IMG/VR virus record: IMGVR_UViG_3300028833_000073
Location: 94,306 to 158,305 of that record
Source: a virus
Taxonomy: Duplodnaviria > Caudoviricetes
Strand: one strand, 5' to 3'
DNA: 64,000 nt
The translations under genes and the position numbers were made by a program. How positions within the stretch are numbered: position 1 is the stretch's first letter; each line of letters opens with the position of its first letter. The notes under the pieces are model-generated. The model was not told the DNA's origin and searched no databases. It saw only the letters and a program-made list of their open reading frames with translations. Below are positions 1 to 8,271 of this stretch, piece by piece.

Positions 1-64
1 TTTGGGTACCTTAATGGTACCCTTTTTCTTTTTCTTAAAATAGCCTAGTCAGAACATACTGGTA

Positions 65-880
65 ATGATTAAGAAGGGAGCGATACATATGTCGAGAGAT
101 GTCTTGACAATGAATCATGTCGACCCGATAGATTTCAATGTAATAAGAATTCCATCGCTTCCTGTGTATGATAGAGAAGACTACGACTTCTATGATGATA
201 AAGACATAGATAAGTATATAAAGGATGTAGAAAGAGTAGCGAGGAATTCATTTGAGTATCATCGGTTCATTAAGTTCTTACGTACTCGTCTAGATATGAA
301 TAAGTGTTCATTCTACGAGAATGTATCTAATAGATTTGGTGATACAGATTGTTTTAAGATAAAGATACATATTCATCATGATCCTTTCACTCTATATGAG
401 ATTGCTAAGATAGTATATCTCAAGAGAGCAAAGAGACATGAGAATCTAGATGAACAGTTGACTGCATGTGAAGTGATGCTACTACATTATAACCTTTTAG
501 TAGGACTCATTCCACTAGCAGAGACTGTACATGAGCTAGTACATAATCAATATCTTTTTGTTCCAACTACTTCAGTTTTTGGCTTCTATAGAGACTTCAT
601 GGAAATGTATGATGAGTACATAGATCAAGAACTGAAAGATAAGATTGAAAGATTAGAAGAGTTTAGTGCTTTATATGAGGGTGAAGATAAATTCATCTTA
701 GATAAGCATTTCCTTTATACTGATCTTTCAGGAACTTATAAACTTCCTAAGTATGAAGATGTTAAAGCTTTTCTTAATGAGCGTATATCTGAGATTGATA
801 ATGGATTACCATCTCCACACGTGGAACCTAAACCAGTAAAGAAGTTAGTAGATCCACCGTGGAAGATAGTGATAGATTAA
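65..880 (+). CDS. Phage protein with degenerate HNH-like (beta-beta-alpha-Me) signature; paralog of 13775..14566
   Basis: NKCSFY...IHIHHDPF...LIPLAETVHELVH pattern; late-type promoter AACA-tactgg-TA at 53-64; ends in KKLVDPPWKIVID; start may be ATG 89. Confidence 0.6.
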   Translation: MIKKGAIHMSRDVLTMNHVDPIDFNVIRIPSLPVYDREDYDFYDDKDIDKYIKDVERVARNSFEYHRFIKFLRTRLDMNKCSFYENVSNRFGDTDCFKIKIHIHHDPFTLYEIAKIVYLKRAKRHENLDEQLTACEVMLLHYNLLVGLIPLAETVHELVHNQYLFVPTTSVFGFYRDFMEMYDEYIDQELKDKIERLEEFSALYEGEDKFILDKHFLYTDLSGTYKLPKYEDVKAFLNERISEIDNGLPSPHVEPKPVKKLVDPPWKIVID

Positions 881-916
881 GATTAAAATGACATAAATAG
901 ATAGGAGGAAGTAATC

Positions 917-1279
917 ATGCAGATTTGTTCTGTTCTTAAGCAGAAGTATGTTGACGGCACTCCAGCCGGTAAGAATTATCTAGTTGCATATTTCCCTCGT
1001 ACTAAGGACGAGGTTATTGCAATGATCATGAGGGATAACAAGACTTCTGTATCTAATGTCGTTGCTGTTGATGACGGTAAGGTATGGACGGCTGATATGA
1101 CTAAGGAGTCTGGTGAGAAGTGGAAGCTTACCTTTATTTATCATGAACTCAAGGAGCTTGAAGCCTTCTCCGAGATCAAGAAGCAGATCAAGGGTCAGAT
1201 TATCAAGCAGGCTCAGTTCATTGTCAAAACTCCAGTTGAATTCGATGAGATCAATTGGGTAACCAAGTGCTATTTTTGA
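917..1279 (+). CDS. Hypothetical protein
   Basis: AGGAGG RBS, strongly biased codons, terminator hairpin at 1294-1320. Confidence 0.8.
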   Translation: MQICSVLKQKYVDGTPAGKNYLVAYFPRTKDEVIAMIMRDNKTSVSNVVAVDDGKVWTADMTKESGEKWKLTFIYHELKELEAFSEIKKQIKGQIIKQAQFIVKTPVEFDEINWVTKCYF

Positions 1280-1329
1280 TACATGGTGATACGAGGGACT
1301 ACCTTAGGGTAGTCCCTTTTAAATAAGGA

Positions 1330-1668
1330 GTGATAATGATGCTTAATGTTAGAATTAGTTCTACATTGAATATATTAATCAGACATTTTGATCAATGTAT
1401 TAATACTTTGCTATGTAATGTGAATGAAAAGGATAGGAAAACTATCAGAGAGAGTATTGAATTATCTCCATTCTATTCTGTTATGACTGAATTAGAGAAA
1501 GATGGTACTGCTACTGGTATGCTATATGAGTTCAATAATGACATTAAGAAGAAGTATACTAAAGAGATTGAGTTATTTAAGAAGCAGCTTACTATGTATC
1601 CTAACTATTGGGATAAGATCTATGCTTTAGAAGCAGATGATGATTCTTTGCTTATATCTCTTGTCTAA
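1330..1668 (+). CDS. Hypothetical protein
   Basis: AAGGAG RBS, 112 aa ORF, followed by hairpin 1681-1700. Confidence 0.7.
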   Translation: MIMMLNVRISSTLNILIRHFDQCINTLLCNVNEKDRKTIRESIELSPFYSVMTELEKDGTATGMLYEFNNDIKKKYTKEIELFKKQLTMYPNYWDKIYALEADDDSLLISLV

Positions 1669-1731
1669 TTACTATAAACGGGGGTACCTAATGGTACCCT
1701 CAAAAAGTGTGAAAAGTTCATTTTTCAGAGA

Positions 1732-1739
1732 TATATTAT
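1732..1739 (+). promoter_or_regulatory. Early-type phage promoter TATATTAT (drives putative ~50-nt sRNA)
   Basis: Same motif and A/T-rich upstream context as ~15 other sites; resembles AR9/phiKZ early promoters. Confidence 0.65.
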
Positions 1740-1743
1740 TGGT

Positions 1744-1792
1744 AGAATACCAATACCACCATGCATTCGGATAGAATGCAATTCCCTTTTTT
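1744..1792 (+). ncRNA. Putative small antisense RNA complementary to the shared GUGGUGGUAUUGGGUA leader
   Basis: Promoter 1732-1739, AGAATACCAATACCACCA, hairpin TGCATTC-ggata-GAATGCA (1762-1780), T-tract; no ORF or RBS. Confidence 0.55.
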
Positions 1793-1800
1793 AATTTTTC

Positions 1801-1830
1801 TGACCAAACCCGAAAATAGGTATATATTAT
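1801..1830 (+). promoter_or_regulatory. Early-type promoter (TGACCAAA...TATATTAT)
   Basis: tgaccaaacccgaaaataggtaTATATTAT; same architecture at 2183, 5149, 42217, 54665, 63881 (+) and near 28165 and 30653 (-). Confidence 0.75.
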
Positions 1831-1834
1831 ATAT

Positions 1835-2170
1835 GTGAGTCTAGAGTGATAATTGTTTAAAATAAACAAAACAATCATATAACTAATTCGTGATAGCCTA
1901 AGGTTGGAGTATTCCTGTGAAAGGATCGGGGCGCTATACTGAGATAGAATCAAAGGGCGCTTATACTAATGCATGGATCTAAGTAATAGGGAGTGTAGCT
2001 ATGGTGATTCATGGGCGTGTCTTCAGCGGAGATAGTATCAATGTTACGCCTAATACCGAGATAACATCAAGGGGCGCAAAGTCTTTTAGGGCATAATAGG
2101 CAGCAGGAAACCAAGCGGCGCCAAATCAATACATGATTAGAGTACCTTTATTGGTACTCTATATTCTTTT
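1835..2170 (+). ncRNA. Putative ~330-nt non-coding RNA with repeated GGGCGY and GAGATAnnATCAA motifs
   Basis: Bounded by early promoter and terminator (2138-2170); no + strand ORF in the track; GC-enriched relative to flanks. Confidence 0.5.
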
Positions 2171-2230
2171 TTATTTTTCCTCTGACCAAAAGTAAAAATA
2201 GCGATATATTATAGACATGACTAAAGGAGG

Positions 2231-2767
2231 ATGATTCAAATGACATTGATTGAACATGACTTGAATGAACTTGCTGAACAACTGTATCTTATGGATAAGG
2301 AGGTTAGGAACTGTTGTACAATATTGCTTCGTCCTAAGGAGTTTTACTATGATACTGAGAACGATTGCAATTACTTGGAGGATTTTGTATATTCTATCTT
2401 ATCGAGAGGTTTCAAATATAAATTCATCAAGTTTGAGACTGATGATGATAATGAATTTATGGAACTTTTCGTATATAAATATGATCATCAATTTGAGATG
2501 TATAAGGCAACTGAAATTTTTAAAGCTTCTAATAGTACTAATATGTGCCGTATTGGTCAGTATATCCTTGGTAAGCTCTTAGGATATAGTGACAGGAATA
2601 TGGAAGAATTTCTCAATACTCCTCATGGTAATAAGGAAGTAAAGATAGAGCTTGAGGACAATTGGTTTGAGAAGAATTATATTGATAGTTTTGATATCAA
2701 TGAGGTTTTGGGGGAACGTAATGATGATGGAGAAAATGAAATTGTTCAGGAGAGCGATAAAGACTGA
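2231..2767 (+). CDS. Hypothetical early protein
   Basis: TATATTAT promoter, AAAGGAGG RBS; YILGKLLGYS motif. Confidence 0.8.
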   Translation: MIQMTLIEHDLNELAEQLYLMDKEVRNCCTILLRPKEFYYDTENDCNYLEDFVYSILSRGFKYKFIKFETDDDNEFMELFVYKYDHQFEMYKATEIFKASNSTNMCRIGQYILGKLLGYSDRNMEEFLNTPHGNKEVKIELEDNWFEKNYIDSFDINEVLGERNDDGENEIVQESDKD

Positions 2768-2915
2768 TATTCTTGATGTGGTATTCTACTCTAGGTATCC
2801 TTTGACTGATAACTTTGCTGAGGATATCACGATGGAGTTCATAAGGAATAAAGAATCGTTTATTTACGAAGTACAGAATAAAGGAACTAAAGCACAATAT
2901 GTAGTATATTTATAA
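2736..2915 (+). CDS. Small hypothetical protein (start uncertain)
   Basis: Fills gap between co-directional genes; GGAG before ATG. Confidence 0.4.
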   Translation: MKLFRRAIKTDILDVVFYSRYPLTDNFAEDITMEFIRNKESFIYEVQNKGTKAQYVVYL

Positions 2916-2928
2916 GAGGTGATAAAGA

Positions 2929-4266
2929 ATGAAGGATATAAGATTAGAATGTGATCCTAAGTGGTACAGTAATGTGGACTTTGAAAATCCATTTATTGTG
3001 GACAAAATTTATCCTGATGAGTTGGAAATATATACCTCATTGGATAGGACATATGATAGGATTTGGAATGGATGGAATCGTAGCTTTGGTGGTCCTCTTG
3101 AAAATGCATGTATTATCCGTGATGGTAATGAGGCATCCAAGGCAAAACTAAATAAAATGAAGAAAGGAATTCTTTATAGTAAATTGATTGATTCCGAACC
3201 ATATTTCTATATCTCTGAAAAAAGGGGTATTAAGTACAAATCAAAACAATCATTCATTAACCATAATAAGACGGAATATAGGAGGTGTGTCTTATATTAC
3301 AGAAAACGATATCAAGAATTGGTTAATGATGTCATCTCTCTTGGAAATAGGGTGGATAAGAATCTGTTCCATTATAAATATATTTTAAATCATGTTGTTG
3401 AAGAATATGATCATAAAGATTTGTTTGACATCGAGTTATTTGAGGATTTCTTAGACAAACTCAAAGCTCGTTGTAGGAACAATGCATACTTCTTCTTTAA
3501 CAATATGAACTACGACGATATCAATAAACTTGAGAATGCTAAAAAGTTATATGATCTTGTCATAAGTGATTATGATGGTTATCATGTAACTAGCTTTGAC
3601 GACTATTTAAAACTTAGGCTTGGTAGGATTACCATGAATATGTACTTACCAGCACCATTTAAAGACTATGTTCTTGATAACTCTGAGAACATACTGATTT
3701 CTATTGATGGAAATGGGCAAGTGATAAAAATAGTATACTCTCCTGTGTATAAAATAGGTGATGATGATTATGTTGTCAAGTACAATAAGTATATGCTGCT
3801 TCAGTTATATCCAGGATGTTTTGTATCAAGATGTGATGAACTCTATACTACTGAACAAGTAACATTCATGGATTCCTCTCCGGATGCATATATCTTTGAA
3901 GAACTCTGTGGTCTTGGGTTTCATCCTAAGAGAGGATTTACTAGGAATAACTTGGTTAGTAGGGAGGAAGTAAACTTCAGACTTAAGAAGGTTATTAGTG
4001 AATTTGAGATTGAAAACAAGGGGGTATTAGATTACGTTAAAAACATATGTCAAAAAATGGCATCCAAAGGAACTGAAAGATTCACTATTCAGATTACACA
4101 CACTACAGAAAGAGAAATATCAGCTCTTATCTCGTGTCTGTATATGCTTAGAAGGAGTCTTTACTTCTATTCAGTGATTAATAATCAGGTATTCAAATAC
4201 CTTGATGAAGAGAGGAGTATTGATAGCATATTGACATTTGAAGTTAAGGGTAAATGGATAATCTAA
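2929..4266 (+). CDS. Hypothetical protein
   Basis: 445 aa ORF, GAGGTG RBS, terminator at 4274-4300. Confidence 0.8.
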   Translation: MKDIRLECDPKWYSNVDFENPFIVDKIYPDELEIYTSLDRTYDRIWNGWNRSFGGPLENACIIRDGNEASKAKLNKMKKGILYSKLIDSEPYFYISEKRGIKYKSKQSFINHNKTEYRRCVLYYRKRYQELVNDVISLGNRVDKNLFHYKYILNHVVEEYDHKDLFDIELFEDFLDKLKARCRNNAYFFFNNMNYDDINKLENAKKLYDLVISDYDGYHVTSFDDYLKLRLGRITMNMYLPAPFKDYVLDNSENILISIDGNGQVIKIVYSPVYKIGDDDYVVKYNKYMLLQLYPGCFVSRCDELYTTEQVTFMDSSPDAYIFEELCGLGFHPKRGFTRNNLVSREEVNFRLKKVISEFEIENKGVLDYVKNICQKMASKGTERFTIQITHTTEREISALISCLYMLRRSLYFYSVINNQVFKYLDEERSIDSILTFEVKGKWII

Positions 4267-4360
4267 AACTTATGGGTGCTCTCACCAAGCACCCTTTTTC
4301 TTTTTATTAATCCACCATACAACTCAATGGTAAATGACGTAATCAAAGGAGGCTATAATA

Positions 4361-4951
4361 ATGTCTTTGATGGAAACGATAAAGAGATTTGGTAATACAG
4401 AAACATTTGTTACTGAGAGTATGGAGGTTGAGCTAGGACTAGAGGATGCTATCAATGAGTATTCAGGTCTAGCTGTTACTCCTACTAGGGTTGCATTCCC
4501 TGCTAGTCAGGTTCCTGTAGCAGAATTTGCTGATCCTAGTCTACCATGTAAATATGGTGTTTCGGCGGATATTTTTTCAATCTTTATGGAGCGTAATGGT
4601 CTAAAAGATATTCAAGAGGCTATGTCTACTATCGCTATGTCTAATGGTATTTCTTCTAAGGACATTATGCTTGTAATGGATAGTGATGATGTCATTAGGA
4701 GAACTATTGACGAAGCTAAGGTAGATCCTAATACTATCACTCGTAAAGAGAAGCTTACTAATATCGCTAAGGTTGGTAAGCTAATACAACATAGTAGAGA
4801 AACTGGAGTCTTTGTGGCTAAAGAGCCTAATGTAGAGAACCCTCCAGTATATCAAGTTCAATGGAATGACAATCCTAACATTGTCAACATTGAAAGAGAT
4901 ACTTGTGATCTTGGTCTATTTTCTGATGAGCGTCAGCTCACCTTCAAGTAA
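4361..4951 (+). CDS. Hypothetical late protein, possibly virion-associated
   Basis: AACT-caatgg-TA late-type promoter at 4321, AAAGGAGG RBS. Confidence 0.75.
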   Translation: MSLMETIKRFGNTETFVTESMEVELGLEDAINEYSGLAVTPTRVAFPASQVPVAEFADPSLPCKYGVSADIFSIFMERNGLKDIQEAMSTIAMSNGISSKDIMLVMDSDDVIRRTIDEAKVDPNTITRKEKLTNIAKVGKLIQHSRETGVFVAKEPNVENPPVYQVQWNDNPNIVNIERDTCDLGLFSDERQLTFK

Positions 4952-4954
4952 GCA

Positions 4955-5136
4955 ACAAACAATCTCCTACCAATACGGTAGGAGATTTATTTGCTAAGTT
5001 ATTATGTGAGAATTATATGAAAGGAGGTAATGCACATGAAAAACCATATGCGTAATGTGAGATAATGTTAGTTACGCAAACAAGTGTAACCGAAGTGTAC
5101 CCAAAGGAAAAGCTGAATTGCCCACAAGCTTACCTT
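4955..5136 (-). ncRNA. Putative sRNA, ACACUUGUUUGCGU-hairpin family (long form with anti-SD/AUG segment)
   Basis: Minus-strand AACA-aaataa-TA at 5147-5136; core 14-mer at 5074-5087; ends at hairpin 4961-4987. Confidence 0.6.
4961..4987. terminator. Bidirectional intrinsic terminator hairpin
   Basis: AATCTCCTACC-aatac-GGTAGGAGATT with T-rich tails on both strands. Confidence 0.75.
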
Positions 5137-5170
5137 ATTATTTTGTTATGACCAAAAAAATATATAGACA

Positions 5171-5198
5171 CATATTATATATGTGGTGGTATTGGGTA
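5171..5198 (+). promoter_or_regulatory. Early promoter plus conserved 16-nt leader GTGGTGGTATTGGGTA (copy 1 of 5)
   Basis: CATATTAT-atat-GTGGTGGTATTGGGTA; same leader at 33785-33770(-), 39201, 40471, 42251. Confidence 0.8.
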
Positions 5199-5226
5199 AA
5201 ATTCTAATAGAAAGGAAGGAATAACA

Positions 5227-5961
5227 ATGGCCACGTATACAAGACTTGATATGCAATCACAGATATTTGAAGAAGGAGTTTTGAATATATTTACAGATGC
5301 CAGTATCAATCCCTTGGGAAATAATAAATGGGATGGATGTGCTGGTGCAATACCTGTAACTTATGATCATAAGATTAATAATCTTACGGAATATATACCG
5401 ATGATAAGAGTGTTTAGAGATTGCACTAATAATATTGCAGAACTTTCAGCCATAGAGATGGCATGTGAGTTTGCAGTAAGCAATCAATCTAAGTATGTCA
5501 GAATCAATCTCTTTAGTGATTCTGAGTATAGTATTAAGACGTTGAAAGAATGGATTTTTAATTGGGCCAAAGTATCATGCCGTGATGGTATTGAAGGCTT
5601 TAGAAATCTTAGAAAGAGTGATGGTAACTTAGTAAAAAATCATACCATCATCATAAATATTATCAACAAGATTTTGTCAATAGATCCTAGACAGTGTGGC
5701 TTTAATGTGTACCATGTAAAGGCTCACACTAACGGGGACAGTAAGAAAGTACAAGAGCAGTTTAAGAAAGCTAATAAGATATCTATTAATATCTTAGATG
5801 CTGATATCTTAGCTTACTACAATGACAAAGTAGATAATCTTACAAGAGATATCTTACTTAGCAATGAAAGTAGTTATTATGAGTGTGAGGTAGTACCATA
5901 TGCAATACTTCCTTATGCTTTTAATAAATATAAGAGAATTATAGGTTCAAGGAGGTTCTAG
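5227..5961 (+). CDS. rnhA: Ribonuclease HI
   Basis: IFTDAS, TNNIAELSAI, FSDSEY, HVKAH, NDKVDNL catalytic motifs. Confidence 0.92.
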   Translation: MATYTRLDMQSQIFEEGVLNIFTDASINPLGNNKWDGCAGAIPVTYDHKINNLTEYIPMIRVFRDCTNNIAELSAIEMACEFAVSNQSKYVRINLFSDSEYSIKTLKEWIFNWAKVSCRDGIEGFRNLRKSDGNLVKNHTIIINIINKILSIDPRQCGFNVYHVKAHTNGDSKKVQEQFKKANKISINILDADILAYYNDKVDNLTRDILLSNESSYYECEVVPYAILPYAFNKYKRIIGSRRF

Positions 5962-5963
5962 TT

Positions 5964-6293
5964 ATGTATGCTAACTATGAGTGTCTCGTTTTTACCAAAA
6001 GGATTAAAGCGATCGCTGACCAACAGATGAGAGATAAGCTCTTAGGCTATTGTATTAGGCTTATCTTCAAACACCACTTTGGTGAAGGTGCTAAGGGACT
6101 TGACTTTATTGAGGACTTTGTAGTGGATGCTTCACTTGCTTACTACTACTCAAGAGAACTCAATCTGTTAAACTTCATGAAGCAGTATATCAAGGACTAT
6201 ACTCTCATGGAAGATCAGAGTCTTGTAGGTAAGATCAGTGTCAATATCAACAACTTTGGTAGTGATATTGATGCATTGTTCAAGGATATCTAG
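5964..6293 (+). CDS. Hypothetical protein
   Basis: AAGGAGG RBS, coupled to RNase H gene. Confidence 0.75.
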   Translation: MYANYECLVFTKRIKAIADQQMRDKLLGYCIRLIFKHHFGEGAKGLDFIEDFVVDASLAYYYSRELNLLNFMKQYIKDYTLMEDQSLVGKISVNINNFGSDIDALFKDI

Positions 6294-6353
6294 AATAGGT
6301 TTCTAATCTATCTAGAATATATAAGTATAGGTAATTTAATTGTTTATGAAAGG

Positions 6354-7499
6354 ATGTATGGTACAATGGCAAGAAAAGTTATTAAGCTTACTCCGGAGCA
6401 GGTTAAAGCTCTTGAGGAACAGATCAAGAAGATTGAAGGATTCGATGTAAAAGTCGAAGAGAAGAATGAGAAACCTGATGAGTTTATCAATGTTTCTGAT
6501 GTTACAATGGATACTTGTAGGTCTATCAAAGTACCTGGTTGTAACGATAGCGCTCTTAGGAATGATATCTATGCAAACGCATTTGATATTGATAAGCACA
6601 ATTATGACTTTATCCATACTTTGCGTGATAAGTCTGATTATATGAATAAGGCAATGAAGTATTTTGAGAATGAGTATGAAACTACTATCAATGATTCTGG
6701 TATTGGTAGTTGTGATGTTACTGTGGAGGATAAGTTTAACTCTTATCCCAGTGGATGTATGCTTGGAGCTGTAATTCCTGGTATCAATAGTGCTATTAGG
6801 TTTGTCGAGGCCAATAACTATTTCACTAGGGATATCTCTCCTGATGAGAAGCAGTCTATTATCAATTCTCATAATCTGAACTTCAATACCACAGCAAATA
6901 GTATTATTCGTACTATGGTAGATGATATTCAGAATGCTTTCTCTGGGCTTATCGTCAAACATGCTCTTACACAGGAGGAGATGGATAATCTTCTTAAGAC
7001 TAAACAAAGGCTGAATACGCTTCTTAAGCAAGATGAAGTTGTTAATTTTACGCCGTCTGATATTTCTAGCTATTCTGGTTGGACTATGCCTACTAATAGT
7101 ACGGAGCTCTTCACCTTGTTTACCACTCTTAGGAACTTCCATAGTGTTACTAACTATAATGACGAGGATCAGATCATTATTAGTGGTAATACTTTGAACT
7201 ACTATGTCGAGTGTATCTACAATTATGCAACGACATCGTTCTTCCAATTCCTTCGTTACAGGTTTGCTGATAATGAGTATAAGGAAGACATTATGTCTCG
7301 TATCTCTCTTGAGTTTGAGACGAACTTTGGATTTGAGATGCGTCGTTATATTGCAGCTACTCTTAAGGAGATTGCAAGGATTGCGACTATCTATCTCATG
7401 AATCTCAAAGTCCTTAATAGTTATCCGAAGACGTGTGAAAAGTATGAAGAGAGTAATCGTTTGATCAATCCTCCTTTCCATTATAGGCCTGGATTCTGA
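6354..7499 (+). CDS. Hypothetical protein (C-terminal RLINPPF motif)
   Basis: 381 aa ORF, GAAAGGA RBS, phage codon usage. Confidence 0.8.
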   Translation: MYGTMARKVIKLTPEQVKALEEQIKKIEGFDVKVEEKNEKPDEFINVSDVTMDTCRSIKVPGCNDSALRNDIYANAFDIDKHNYDFIHTLRDKSDYMNKAMKYFENEYETTINDSGIGSCDVTVEDKFNSYPSGCMLGAVIPGINSAIRFVEANNYFTRDISPDEKQSIINSHNLNFNTTANSIIRTMVDDIQNAFSGLIVKHALTQEEMDNLLKTKQRLNTLLKQDEVVNFTPSDISSYSGWTMPTNSTELFTLFTTLRNFHSVTNYNDEDQIIISGNTLNYYVECIYNYATTSFFQFLRYRFADNEYKEDIMSRISLEFETNFGFEMRRYIAATLKEIARIATIYLMNLKVLNSYPKTCEKYEESNRLINPPFHYRPGF

Positions 7500-7551
7500 G
7501 CAAACAAAATCTTAGAGATATATTATAACTAGGAGAAAGGAGGAAAGTGTA

Positions 7552-8271
7552 TTGGTTTTCTACAATAATAACCAAGGTAACTTTCCTGCTTCTCCTATAG
7601 GTAATCAGGCAATGGCATCACAGCCATTGCCTATGATTCCTGTGGGACAGCAGCAGGGTTATTCAACGTACAATGGGTACTTTAACCCATGGGAAATACA
7701 AAGGAGGCAAGATGAACAACTAAAGAATTATAATAACAATATCAATATGCAGATTGATATATATAAGAGACTATATATCAATTCATGTAAGAACCTGGGC
7801 ATATATGTGGATGAACAAGCAGTAGATGAGTACTATAATCAGTTTAGACCATCGACTACTAGTACATATGATATGCTCAAGAAACAAAAGGAAATAGCCG
7901 AGGAACAAAAGATAGCAGAAGCTGTACAGAGGGCCAATGGTCAAGGGTCTATGTTAGCTAATGCCCAGATGAAGATCTGGTATGATCAAGAAGAAAAGAA
8001 TCAAAAAATATATGAAGGTAAGTCATTGCAAGAACAGTATGAAGCATTGACAGTGGCTGCCTTCGATATGAGAATGGATGAGGCTAAGAGACAGAATAAG
8101 AATATGAAAAATAGCTATAACAATAGTGCATATCAGAAGCTTATAGCATCTAATGGTCAAGGACTATTCTCTACCAATATAGATGACATGGAAGTTACCT
8201 TACCCAATAACTTGTCTGGTACTTATCAGTCTAGAAGGGCTAGGTTCCTTGCAGCAGTCTTAGGGAAGTGA
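7552..8271 (+). CDS. Gln/Asn-rich hypothetical early protein
   Basis: TATATTAT promoter near 7520, AAAGGAGG RBS, TTG start. Confidence 0.75.
   Translation: MVFYNNNQGNFPASPIGNQAMASQPLPMIPVGQQQGYSTYNGYFNPWEIQRRQDEQLKNYNNNINMQIDIYKRLYINSCKNLGIYVDEQAVDEYYNQFRPSTTSTYDMLKKQKEIAEEQKIAEAVQRANGQGSMLANAQMKIWYDQEEKNQKIYEGKSLQEQYEALTVAAFDMRMDEAKRQNKNMKNSYNNSAYQKLIASNGQGLFSTNIDDMEVTLPNNLSGTYQSRRARFLAAVLGK

Noticed and set aside
4-22. Recurrent GGTACC-N4/5-GGTACC palindromes (also 1681, 2138, 54639) as a mobile repeat or operator
   Set aside because: All lie right after gene or transcript ends, mostly with T-tracts; best explained as a family of intrinsic terminators.
1672-1953. 93-aa minus-strand ORF
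   Set aside because: Crosses two + strand promoters and a terminator, has a TTG start and atypical composition.
6336-7481. 381-aa minus-strand ORF, and other antisense ORFs such as 9054..9608, 42901..43278, 48356..48904, 55346..55858
   Set aside because: Shadow frames of well-supported + strand genes; Ile/Leu/Ser-rich, without RBS or promoter.
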